From IMG/VR virus record IMGVR_UViG_3300013121_000054, positions 1-64,000 of that record: a stretch of 64,000 nucleotides of DNA; one strand, given 5' to 3'. The stretch's first letter is position 1. Every line of letters begins with the position of its first letter. Of this stretch, positions 29,443 to 38,550 are shown one piece after another. The stretch is from a virus (Duplodnaviria; Caudoviricetes). The notes under the pieces were generated by a model, which was given only the letters and a program-made list of their open reading frames with translations, was not told where the DNA came from and ran no database searches. The position numbers were made by a program, and so were the translations under genes.

Positions 29443-29649
29443 TTAAGACTGCTCGACCGGGGGATTGTAGACTTGCTCGCCCGTGTCCGAAATTTGATAA
29501 TTTTGGATCGTTCTATCGCCGTTAACCGGCTGAAACAGGCAAAAGCGGGCATCACTCGGGCAATTGACGCCGGGTTGCGGTGTAGGGCCACTCCATACTG
29601 ACGATGCGCACGAATCGCCCGCGAATTGGATCAGATAGTCATCATTCAT
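29443..29649 (-). CDS. small fibre-associated protein
   Basis: 68 aa, coupled to the fibre gene stop. Confidence 0.5.
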   Translation of the reverse strand: MNDDYLIQFAGDSCASSVWSGPTPQPGVNCPSDARFCLFQPVNGDRTIQNYQISDTGEQVYNPPVEQS

Positions 29650-32600
29650 GCGGCTGGAACCTCTTTGATTGAATCACCGACATACAACAAGGTCACCTTT
29701 TCGCCCGCCAGATCTTTGCCGTGCAAAAGATCGAAACAAAGCGAATCAAATTTTTCGGGCTGTTCCCAAGCCGCAAGTATTTCAGCCGCTTCTTTGTGTG
29801 TGAGTTGCACAATGCCGCGATCTGTTCTGCCTTGAAATTTGCGCAAATGGCAAACAAAATCAATCGCCGGTGAACGCTCAAGAAGTGCGATTGTTGGCAA
29901 ATTTGGACTGCCGGTGATGCTTGTTAAAACACCCGAGCTGCCATCAGCGGCGTTGGTTGTTAGCCCGGTGCCACTGCCCTTGGTGCCGCCTGCGACGGTT
30001 GGCGCCACCGTATTTGTGATCGTCGGCGCCATCTCAATAATGCGACCACCACCACCACCGCCGCCGACATAGCCCGATGAACCGGCCGCCGCGCCACCGT
30101 TACCACCGGTGCAATGCACCGCTGAGCCCGTGTTGCAAGTGATCGACGTTTGCGAATAAAGGCCGATAAAGCCGCCCGCACCACCGCCGCCGCCGCCAGC
30201 ATTACCGGCCACGCCCGCCGAACCATTAGATCCGTCTGCTTGGATCGTGCCACCGTTAGCTATGCTGATCGCGCCAACCGCACAAAGGCGAAATGAGCCA
30301 CCCTTGCTGCCACCAGCGCCGCCCCTGTTGGTCCCGTCACCGCCGCCAGCGCCACCAGAGCCTCCAGTATCCATTTCGCGCACCGAGGCAGCCTTGCCGC
30401 CTTCGCCGCCGCCATCGGATGATGAGCCGAATGGTGCGGTACCACCGCCACCATTACCGCCAGCGCCCCCATAACCGCCACCCGCGCCGCCCGAGCCAGC
30501 TGTGCCGCTTAGCTTAACTCCACTGCCAGCCAATGAACCAAGTGCCTGTTGCATCTGGAGAGCCGTCACCACCGCGTTTGGGGCCGAGCGTCCATTGCCC
30601 AGATTGCCGACCGTGGTAGTGCCGCTAAAAGTCGCGGTGCTGTTGCAATTAATAATAATCCCGGTGTCTGGTGTGTAAGTAGTTGAAGAGGATTGGCTAA
30701 ACGTCGTCGCGTTGATCTGCTTGATCGTGTCTGAGGTTGTGCCTTTTGTGATCGCGCCATCAGATCCGTCACCACCAAATTTCACCACTGAGGTTAGCGC
30801 GGTGCCAACAAAGGCCGTTGTCGCAATTTTCGCGCTGCTATCACCCGCCGATTGCGTCGTTGTCGTTGGGCTGCCCGCGAGCGCTACGCTCGATTTGATC
30901 GCCGTCGCGCCGGTGTTATCAACTGTCACGTCGCCACTGAAAGTCGTTGGTGCATAGGCCGTGCCGCCCGAGTTGCCGATCGGGATTTGTCCGCTTGTCG
31001 GCGCGGTCGTCGTATTCAATCCGCCTTTGCTTGTTGGGATTGTCGGCAACTGTGATGTCGTTGCGGTGCCGCTCAAATCCGTAAAGTCAGGCTGCGCGCC
31101 CGAGAACACACCCTGCGCGCTCATCGCCGTTAAAAACTGATGCGAAACCGATGATTTTGTTTGCGCCGTTGTGCTATCAGCGTCGGGAATATTGACAGTG
31201 CGATTGCCTGTCAACGTTTGCAGCAAGAAGCGCGCATAGCTTGTGCCGTTGCCGAGATAAAGATCGCGAAAGGCTTTTGTGTTTGAGCCTAAATCAATCG
31301 TACCGTTAGCATTGGGCGTTTGTGCGACGCTGTAATTGTTGGCATTGTTGACATAAGCCAAATTGCTAATGCCCGTCAAATCGCCAAGATCCGGTTGCGC
31401 CTTGGTCTGAACGCCCGCGCTCGTGATATTAGTCAAAAACTGGTGCGATGTCGCTGTTGTTGGTTGAACGGTGTTTGAATCGGCATCGGGCAACGTGCAA
31501 ACGCGCGCCGCCGTGGTTGTGGCACTTGTAACTTTGTTGTTATTGGTCGCGGCGCCACCGACATACAAATTGCCAAACGGCTTCGCGGTCGTGCCGAGAT
31601 CTACGCCGCCGGCCGTGCTCGGCGTCTGGCTTGCTGAAAAGTTGTTGGCGTTGTTGACCCGCGCCAAATTGGAAGTATCCGACAAGTCAGTTGATGCGCC
31701 TTGCGCTGCCGCTGTCAATTGACCGCGTGAATTAACCGTAATGGTTGCCGCGCCATAGCTGCCGGGCGTCACCGCCGTATCGGCAATTGACAAATTTCTA
31801 TCTGCGCTAAGATCGCCCCCGCCTTGAAGCCCGCCACTTGTATTGACGGCTCGCGAGGTATTAACGAGTGTTTGCGTAGTCGGCGAGCCCGCATTATCGC
31901 GCACCTTAACCGCGCCGCTATTCACCCAAATTTCGCCGGCTGATGGCGAACCGGGATCGGTCTTCTTTGGCAATACAACCGTTTGAGTCGATGCGCCAAA
32001 ATCTTGTGTGTGAGTGCCCGAATATACGTTACTCGTGGTGGTCGAAACATCCCCGCCGCCGCCACCGCCACCAAGAGTGGTGCCGCTGCCCCAAGAGCCC
32101 GAGGCCTTTGGGCCGTAAATCGTGTAAGGGTTTGTGCCGGTGTCGAGATAAAAATCACCATCAACACCGAGCCCGCTTGATGGCGCGCCGGAACCGTTGA
32201 GAATCGTTTTCCCGTCAGCACCAGCCGCGCCGGTCGGGCCGATCAATGACGTGCTCGATCCCCAAACACCCGACGCTTTCGGGCCGTAAATCGCACTAGC
32301 GACGGTATCAATATAAAAATCGCCATTGGCACCAAGACCGTTTGACGGTGCGCCGCTTCCACTAAGAATCGTGCGACCATCTACGCCATTTGTACCGTTT
32401 GTGCCATTTGTTCCATTGGTGCCGTTTGTTCCATTTGTTCCCGCCGGACCTTGGCTGCCTTGCGGGCCTACAAGATTTGTCGGCGACGGCCACACTCCCG
32501 ATGCTTTCGGACCATAAAAATCGTAGTTTGATGTACGCAGATAGAAATTGCCATCTACTCCAGTACCGCTAGATGGCACGCCAGAGCCATAGAGGATTGT

Positions 32601-32942
32601 ATTGCCCTGGATGCCTTGCAAGCCCTGGATGCCTTGTATGCCTTGGATACCTTGCAATCCCTGAGCGCCTTGCGGGCCGGTCAGATCGAAGCCACTGCCC
32701 CAGGTGGTATTCTTTGGTCCATAAAATTTATGGTTCGTGTAATCGACATAGTAATCACCATCCGCACCCAGACCGGATGAAGGTACCCCTGAGCCGCCGC
32801 GCACAGTATTACCGGCTCCAGGCGGGCCTTGTGTTCCAACCGTCAAGACGGTGATCTGATTCTGGCTCGACGGCTGTGCTAGTGCTGCTGTCTGCATAAG
32901 CAGGAGCACGAAGAGAGTCAGAGCTGCCAGAAAGCGTTTCAT
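29646..32942 (-). CDS. 1098-aa collagen-repeat/glycine-rich fibre protein with signal peptide
   Basis: GxY runs (QGIQGIQG, NGTNGTNG), four GSG.PS.G.G.DG.FY...YGPK modules, a duplicated ~100-aa module, Gly-rich C-terminal domain. Confidence 0.8.
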   Translation of the reverse strand: MKRFLAALTLFVLLLMQTAALAQPSSQNQITVLTVGTQGPPGAGNTVRGGSGVPSSGLGADGDYYVDYTNHKFYGPKNTTWGSGFDLTGPQGAQGLQGIQGIQGIQGLQGIQGNTILYGSGVPSSGTGVDGNFYLRTSNYDFYGPKASGVWPSPTNLVGPQGSQGPAGTNGTNGTNGTNGTNGTNGVDGRTILSGSGAPSNGLGANGDFYIDTVASAIYGPKASGVWGSSTSLIGPTGAAGADGKTILNGSGAPSSGLGVDGDFYLDTGTNPYTIYGPKASGSWGSGTTLGGGGGGGDVSTTTSNVYSGTHTQDFGASTQTVVLPKKTDPGSPSAGEIWVNSGAVKVRDNAGSPTTQTLVNTSRAVNTSGGLQGGGDLSADRNLSIADTAVTPGSYGAATITVNSRGQLTAAAQGASTDLSDTSNLARVNNANNFSASQTPSTAGGVDLGTTAKPFGNLYVGGAATNNNKVTSATTTAARVCTLPDADSNTVQPTTATSHQFLTNITSAGVQTKAQPDLGDLTGISNLAYVNNANNYSVAQTPNANGTIDLGSNTKAFRDLYLGNGTSYARFLLQTLTGNRTVNIPDADSTTAQTKSSVSHQFLTAMSAQGVFSGAQPDFTDLSGTATTSQLPTIPTSKGGLNTTTAPTSGQIPIGNSGGTAYAPTTFSGDVTVDNTGATAIKSSVALAGSPTTTTQSAGDSSAKIATTAFVGTALTSVVKFGGDGSDGAITKGTTSDTIKQINATTFSQSSSTTYTPDTGIIINCNSTATFSGTTTVGNLGNGRSAPNAVVTALQMQQALGSLAGSGVKLSGTAGSGGAGGGYGGAGGNGGGGTAPFGSSSDGGGEGGKAASVREMDTGGSGGAGGGDGTNRGGAGGSKGGSFRLCAVGAISIANGGTIQADGSNGSAGVAGNAGGGGGGAGGFIGLYSQTSITCNTGSAVHCTGGNGGAAAGSSGYVGGGGGGGRIIEMAPTITNTVAPTVAGGTKGSGTGLTTNAADGSSGVLTSITGSPNLPTIALLERSPAIDFVCHLRKFQGRTDRGIVQLTHKEAAEILAAWEQPEKFDSLCFDLLHGKDLAGEKVTLLYVGDSIKEVPAA

Positions 32943-32945
32943 TTT

Positions 32946-33371
32946 TTACAATCCTTGCTTAACGGTAAATGAGCCCCGCGCAAGCGGCCACTTGGTCGCT
33001 GGCGTAGTGGGAAACACGAGATAGACTTCGTAAAAGAGAGTGCCGGCTGGCAGTGCTTGCGTGACGGTGCTCGGCACCAGCACGCTGAACTTGCCATTCT
33101 GGCGATCGGTAAAAACAAAAGTTGAATTGGAATCTTCGCTGCTGATGGTCGCATATACGGTGGCTAAGTTTTTCGATGCGATCTTCAGCGCGCCAGTGCA
33201 GCCCGAGAGATTTACCGGCGTGTTATCAAGCTTGTTTTTCCACTCGAAAGTACGCCCAACAGATTCACCCTGCTCGATCACGATCGGGATGTCTGCGCCG
33301 ATCGCCCATGCTGGGAAATACGAAAGGGCGAAGATTAGAAAATTGAGGGCGAAAGCTAGAAAGAACTTCAT
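32946..33371 (-). CDS. BppU-N-like Ig-fold fibre anchor protein with signal peptide
   Basis: IVIEQGESVGRTF...PVNLSGCTG...GKFSVLVP..T..LP.G..FYEV...LARGSFTV. Confidence 0.65.
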   Translation of the reverse strand: MKFFLAFALNFLIFALSYFPAWAIGADIPIVIEQGESVGRTFEWKNKLDNTPVNLSGCTGALKIASKNLATVYATISSEDSNSTFVFTDRQNGKFSVLVPSTVTQALPAGTLFYEVYLVFPTTPATKWPLARGSFTVKQGL

Positions 33372-34153
33372 TCCCCTACACCTGCCGATTCACGCTCCAG
33401 ATAGAGCTGCGACCCAACTGCACCCACATCCTGCTTGTATGCGATAAGCACACGGTATTGCGCACCATCTGGAGTGACTATCAAATCGCTCTCCTTGAAG
33501 TTGAACCCTGGCAGTGGTGGCACATAGCAATACCACGCCGATTTTCTGCCCGCCCCGGGCACACCGTCAATTGTCTTTTCGCCATAAGTGCGCCCAGTGG
33601 ACATCAAACCGATCGGTATTAGGGATGGTTCATCCACCGCCTCGGCAAGCGCCGCTTGCCCAGAGCTAATGCGCAGTGGTCGCGATGCTTCTTTTGCGCT
33701 GGCAAAAAATTTAGTATCTGTCTGCACGTCGCAAGCGGCACGGTAGATCCTTGCCAGCGTGTTAAGTCGCGCGCCAAAGCTCGCGCGCAAAGCGCCATGC
33801 TCCGCCAAGCAAAAGCCCCTAAATTCATCCGTCTCGAAAGATACCGCCATCTTGTAATTGCTGGTATCGGTTTGGATGAAGATGTCGCCCTCTTTGTAGT
33901 CACTCAGATCAGTGACCACTCGATACCAGAACGTGCCGAGCCTGGCATCGGTTTCCAGTCCTGTCTTCGTATCCTTGGCGACAGCACCCTGCAAGAAGAT
34001 CTCGATCTCTGCGGTCAGCAAGTTTGTGTCTTGGATGAGATCGCCATTCGCCTCTGGCACAAGCCTGTATGCCGCAAAGGGCTGCCCGAGCACGTCGGCA
34101 GCTTTGCCGCGTCCATCCTCGATCTTATCCATGATATCGAGGAAGTCTGCCAT
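33368..34153 (-). CDS. head closure/neck protein
   Basis: position after the head-tail adaptor; beta-rich. Confidence 0.5.
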   Translation of the reverse strand: MADFLDIMDKIEDGRGKAADVLGQPFAAYRLVPEANGDLIQDTNLLTAEIEIFLQGAVAKDTKTGLETDARLGTFWYRVVTDLSDYKEGDIFIQTDTSNYKMAVSFETDEFRGFCLAEHGALRASFGARLNTLARIYRAACDVQTDTKFFASAKEASRPLRISSGQAALAEAVDEPSLIPIGLMSTGRTYGEKTIDGVPGAGRKSAWYCYVPPLPGFNFKESDLIVTPDGAQYRVLIAYKQDVGAVGSQLYLERESAGVGE

Positions 34154-34921
34154 TTAGAGATATGCCTGCGGACCACCAAGATTATTGGCCAGCACTTCTG
34201 GACCCAGGAAGTCTGCCATCTGATTTACATAGTAGTCATACAGATCCCTGCGCGCCTCGACCTCATCCTGCCGAAACACGGCAGACTCTGCTTTAGAAAT
34301 ATCGAGATTCCTGGTGGCACCACCGATGGCGCCCTCCAGGTAGTTGCAGATAGGCACATAGCCAAACTTCTGGGTGAGCGGTCTCTTAGCGATCACGATA
34401 TTGAGATCAGTGCGCTCGCCAGTATTGACCGCCACCGCGCCCACCGTGCCGGTGGTTGCCACCGTCATGGTAAATACATCGGGCGCCGTAAACTGCACTT
34501 CCGGATTGGGCACCGTATCGGCTGCAGCCGGATTGTCATTCCAGGGCGCCTGGCCTTTGAAGCCTGCGGTGATCAAATCGCTGGAAGCATTCGCTGCGCT
34601 CGCCAGACGCCCGCAAACATCAGAGGGGGTGTCACCCGCCTGCACGGTCGCAGAAATCGCGACTGGAGAGGTCAGAGCTGCCGCTGTGAAGGTCGCAGTT
34701 ATCACCGCCCCCGCCACCATTGGTGCAAACACCTGGATCGAGCCATAGGCTCGACCGGTAAGCACCGACTCCTCAGAAGGGCGCAAGGTATTTAGCCTGG
34801 TCTCAAGATTCATGTTCGGCATGATCAGATATGCGGGTGCGAGAGTGCCGCGATAACCTGTCCCGAGGATGCGCTGCTTCAGGTGTCGGCGGATGTCTGT
34901 TTTTACTTGCTCGCTAAGCAT
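34154..34921 (-). CDS. head-tail adaptor with inserted domain
   Basis: MLSEQVKTDIRRHL...LETRLNTL; C-terminal RQDEVEARRDLYDYYVNQMADFLG. Confidence 0.6.
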   Translation of the reverse strand: MLSEQVKTDIRRHLKQRILGTGYRGTLAPAYLIMPNMNLETRLNTLRPSEESVLTGRAYGSIQVFAPMVAGAVITATFTAAALTSPVAISATVQAGDTPSDVCGRLASAANASSDLITAGFKGQAPWNDNPAAADTVPNPEVQFTAPDVFTMTVATTGTVGAVAVNTGERTDLNIVIAKRPLTQKFGYVPICNYLEGAIGGATRNLDISKAESAVFRQDEVEARRDLYDYYVNQMADFLGPEVLANNLGGPQAYL

Positions 34922-35447
34922 CTCTCATACTGCTGAATGAAGAGTGGGGGAACTTGGTTTTACAGTTCGGACAATCGATCCACTCAAAGGAACCAGTGAG
35001 TGGCACGATATCGCCAGCGTGACCCTTATCGAGAAGAGCCTTGATCTGCACGCCGTCGCTCAGGATCTCGTTGCGCTTGAATGACAAGCTCACGCCATTG
35101 ATATTGGCGTTGAAATCCCTCACCACGCCATGCGGATCGGGCAAGACGATCTCTACCTGGGGCACAGGCACCTGCACCTCATCCTGAGGGATATAGGAAG
35201 ACTTTGCCAGAATCGCCTCGGCTTCCGCGTCGGCTTCATCATCGCTCAAGTCTTCATCGAGCTCAGGATCTTCTTGCTCCTCCTCCTCTTCAGGAGGATC
35301 GACAGGCTGAGGCGGTGCCTCGACCTGGGGAGCGACAGGCTCGGGCTGAGGCGGCACCTCTTGTGGTGCAGCCGGCTCCGCGATTTCCTTGGCGGTAGCT
35401 TTCGCCTGCTTATCGAGCAGCGCCTTTATCTTTGAACTATTTGTCAT
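34914..35447 (-). CDS. acidic/Pro-rich hypothetical head-region protein
   Basis: 177 aa with a C-terminal CPNC. Confidence 0.55.
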   Translation of the reverse strand: MTNSSKIKALLDKQAKATAKEIAEPAAPQEVPPQPEPVAPQVEAPPQPVDPPEEEEEQEDPELDEDLSDDEADAEAEAILAKSSYIPQDEVQVPVPQVEIVLPDPHGVVRDFNANINGVSLSFKRNEILSDGVQIKALLDKGHAGDIVPLTGSFEWIDCPNCKTKFPHSSFSSMRDA

Positions 35448-35478
35448 TTCCTGATCCTTGTCCGTGGATTGGGGGTGA

Positions 35479-36072
35479 TTAATAGATCGGGCAGGCTTCG
35501 CTCACCAGGGTGGTAAGTTGATCGGCCTGCACAATCTCTGGGCGAAAAGCTCGGAAGCTCACGATTTGCCCGTTGTAAACATTGGAGAAATCGCTGGTAG
35601 GGATGATCGGGCCTGCGCCACCAGTCATGCCGCCGCCCACGGGGCTGCGAGTCAGGGTGACTCCGCCAGTCACAGCCACTGTGATTGTTGTCTTTGTCGC
35701 CACCGGCCCCGGATGCTTGATTGTGACCACGCCAGCCAGGGATGTTGCATAGATCCCGAGGGCTTGCATCGCTGAATCGTTGTTGATCGCTGCTGCAAAC
35801 TTTGCCGCGAGCGTGGTGGCGGTGTCGGATGCGGCGGTGAGCTGGAAGGCTTTGCTGCCATTCGGCAACAGCCCGTTTGAAATCGTGATCTGCCCCGTGT
35901 CGCCATCGGAGAAGCTGCCAGCCACCGTCACGGTCGCACTGCCTGCGGTGCGCGGATTATCCGCCATATACTCCTGCGCGCTCTGCTCCAGCATCACACC
36001 GGTAGCGCCAGCAGCGACAGCAAGGAATGTGTTATCGCGCGGTACAAATGGTTTATCTTGCAAGTTGGACAT
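35479..36072 (-). CDS. capsid decoration/minor structural protein
   Basis: follows the MCP; Ala/Thr-rich; AAGGAG RBS. Confidence 0.55.
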   Translation of the reverse strand: MSNLQDKPFVPRDNTFLAVAAGATGVMLEQSAQEYMADNPRTAGSATVTVAGSFSDGDTGQITISNGLLPNGSKAFQLTAASDTATTLAAKFAAAINNDSAMQALGIYATSLAGVVTIKHPGPVATKTTITVAVTGGVTLTRSPVGGGMTGGAGPIIPTSDFSNVYNGQIVSFRAFRPEIVQADQLTTLVSEACPIY

Positions 36073-36137
36073 CGAAAATGCTCCTTAAAATTGGCGGCTC
36101 CACTCGGGAGCCGCCCATTTTCCCCAAATTTGGCCTA

Positions 36138-37508
36138 TTAGGCTGCGTGCTCCATTTGCACTGCTCGCTTATAGCGATGTGCGCCAGCCGTTGGAATCGT
36201 CGAGGTTGTCGTCGTCGCATCGGTCGGGCAACAGAAGTCACCACCCCAGAGCCATGCCTGCGTGATATTCACTTGCAGTACATCGATCGGAGCGCGCACG
36301 ATGTGGCAGATGTCGCCAACCATTTCCATATTGGCTACTTTGCTTCCACCGATTTCTTCAAGCCAACTATCGTTATCAGCGAAGTTGGCCTGAATTATGC
36401 CGCCAGCCGCTACAAGAATTGGACGCAGCACGCGCTGAGCCACATTCTGAGCGCCACTGCCGCCAGTGACTGCTGGTTGATCTTGCGCTTCTGTAGTCGG
36501 GAAGAAGGTTACGCCGAGAAGCTGGAAGACTTCGCCAGCTTGCCATTCTTTTGAACTATGAGCGGTCTGGTAGATCGAAAGGAATTTAGGATCATCGAAG
36601 AGCTGGCGAATCGAATCATCAGGACCAATCCAGTGATAGGTGCCATCAGGGAATCGCGGAGCGCCTTGCTTCTTCAGGTGAGTCTTAGCGTCTTGGATTA
36701 AACCAAGAGTATTAACGTCACGAGATTGGAGCTGTGCAGTAGTCGCTCTTCCGCCTGCTCTCAATACCTTCGGAGCATCGATCGCAAGAATGCGATCGCC
36801 ATCCGCGAGGGTGACTGCGCCACCTAGCGTAAGGAAACCGCTAATACCGCCGCAGGCATTGGTGCTGACATTGACGGTATCCGCAGTTGCGCCAGTCACC
36901 GAGAGCGTGGCGCTCGTGGAGCCGGTTGCATAAGCGGTAAGTGGATTGCTTGGACTCGTATCGGTGGGAACACCATTTACAAGCACTTGCTGGAAGCCGC
37001 GGATGTCATCAACGTAATACTTGGTAGTGGTATTGGTGCCATTGGCTGATACCACGCGAGTATCGCCGCCGAGGTAAGCCTTCTGCCAGCAGTTGCGAGC
37101 GAGGTGCTCAAGGGTTTGCGCGCCTTGCGTCGAGTTGATACGACCATTATCAAGGAACTGTCCCTTGATCTTTGTCTTATCCATACGCAGGTTTAGCGGG
37201 ATACCGTCTGAATAATCACGCAGCGTAAAGGTGTAGCGCTCAGCGCCCGCAGTGCTGAGGGTCAAGCCGTTGTTTATGTCACCATTCACCGCCGATGGTA
37301 CTAGCGGTGTGGTCTTTGGACCCTTGCGGCCCATTCTGGTGTTAGAAAATGTTTCGCCGTTGTTGCGCCCGAATTCCATCTGATCGGCGTCGGCGCGAAA
37401 TGCGAATTGGCCGTCGAGGCCGATCTCGTATTCCTTCCGCAGATAGCCTTCTTGCATGAGCAGAAGAAGGGCTGCGGGCAAATTTACAAAGGATTGTGGC
37501 GTAGTCAC
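36138..37508 (-). CDS. major capsid protein
   Basis: 456 aa after the scaffold; GAGGT RBS and GTG start; HK97-fold-type segments. Confidence 0.8.
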   Translation of the reverse strand: MTTPQSFVNLPAALLLLMQEGYLRKEYEIGLDGQFAFRADADQMEFGRNNGETFSNTRMGRKGPKTTPLVPSAVNGDINNGLTLSTAGAERYTFTLRDYSDGIPLNLRMDKTKIKGQFLDNGRINSTQGAQTLEHLARNCWQKAYLGGDTRVVSANGTNTTTKYYVDDIRGFQQVLVNGVPTDTSPSNPLTAYATGSTSATLSVTGATADTVNVSTNACGGISGFLTLGGAVTLADGDRILAIDAPKVLRAGGRATTAQLQSRDVNTLGLIQDAKTHLKKQGAPRFPDGTYHWIGPDDSIRQLFDDPKFLSIYQTAHSSKEWQAGEVFQLLGVTFFPTTEAQDQPAVTGGSGAQNVAQRVLRPILVAAGGIIQANFADNDSWLEEIGGSKVANMEMVGDICHIVRAPIDVLQVNITQAWLWGGDFCCPTDATTTTSTIPTAGAHRYKRAVQMEHAA

Positions 37509-37656
37509 TTGATGCTACCTCAATGGCTGGTGTGAATCTGGGCATCTAGCCCTGCCAGTGAGCATCAAGCTCTGCGAGTCTTTGGATTTTGCGCGCGGGT
37601 ACCAGCCACGCGAAAGCATCAAGCTTTGTGCGCGCCACCATAGAAGGCGGCAAGAT

Positions 37657-37686
37657 AGTATCAGAGCACTTTTGCGATTCTGTCAA
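37657..37686 (-). promoter_or_regulatory. sigma70-type promoter for the major capsid gene
   Basis: TTGACA (37686-37681), 18 bp, GATACT (37662-37657), just downstream of a terminator. Confidence 0.65.
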
Positions 37687-37702
37687 CACAATTTTTTCAG
37701 GC

Positions 37703-37732
37703 AAAGAAAAAGACCGCCGCTAAGCGGTCTTT
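37703..37732 (-). terminator. intrinsic terminator after the scaffold gene
   Basis: AAAGACCGC-TTAGCG-GCGGTCTTT-TTCTTT. Confidence 0.75.
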
Positions 37733-37810
37733 CGAGCCCTGCTAGGCCCTGTTACGTGCCCGAGTTAGCAGCTCGGTGCTTACACTGGTGCACCAGTCAG
37801 CAGCACGCAA

Positions 37811-38515
37811 TTATAATCTGCTGATTGCTTCTCTTCTCATGCGCTCGTAATCCGCCCGCTTTAGATCAGGATCTAATACCGCCGCCGTAATATTACCCTT
37901 GGCGTCTGGTGATGGTGGCGTCTTGCTGGAGCCGCTCGCCACTGGTGGCGGGGTCGCTGGCGCGTCCGGTTTGAATAGATGCGGTTTAGCTGCTTTAAAA
38001 GCCTCAACTGCTTCCGCGATGCCCGTCACATTGTCGTCCTTATCAAAGACAATCTTGTCGCGCGGCACCAGATCTGCCACATCGAGATCGAGCACACCGG
38101 CAGTAGCAAGCGCCGCTTTCAGCTCTGTGCTGATGATGCGGCTTTGGTATTTTTGCTTGGTGGCGTCACGCTCCTGCTCTGCCAGCTCAGCCAGGCGCTT
38201 GTGCTCGCCCTGCTCTTCAAGCTTCTTCTTCTCCGCTGCCTTTGTCTCTGATTCAAGCTTTGATTTCAGCTCGTTGAGCTCTTTCTCGACCGCTGAAGCT
38301 CTCGTCTTCTCGGCGTCGAGCTTGTCGCGCCGACTCATCCCTTCGGCTCGCAGGGATTTGATGTAATCTTGCACATCGCTGGGCAGATGCGAGATGTCGC
38401 TGTCGTTATTCAGCTTGCTGGCTGACCCACCTGGGCTACCAGTCTTTGGCGGCTCCTGATTTTTAGGGTCTTCATTTGCGGGCGGCGTTGCGCCTGGATC
38501 TTGCTGTCCACTCAT
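37811..38515 (-). CDS. capsid scaffolding protein
   Basis: DYIKSLRAEG..RR, coiled coil, AVEAFKAAKPHLF, Pro-rich tail. Confidence 0.85.
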   Translation of the reverse strand: MSGQQDPGATPPANEDPKNQEPPKTGSPGGSASKLNNDSDISHLPSDVQDYIKSLRAEGMSRRDKLDAEKTRASAVEKELNELKSKLESETKAAEKKKLEEQGEHKRLAELAEQERDATKQKYQSRIISTELKAALATAGVLDLDVADLVPRDKIVFDKDDNVTGIAEAVEAFKAAKPHLFKPDAPATPPPVASGSSKTPPSPDAKGNITAAVLDPDLKRADYERMRREAISRL

Positions 38516-38550
38516 GATCTAGTTTTGTCCTCTTTTTTGTTGTCCGTTTT

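Noticed and set aside
32380-32690. DNA repeats in the GTN/QGI tracts
   Set aside because: Explained by collagen-like protein repeats, with synonymous variation.
36093-36115. 9-bp hairpin after the capsid gene
   Set aside because: Ordinary attenuator or stabiliser hairpin with a weak U tract.
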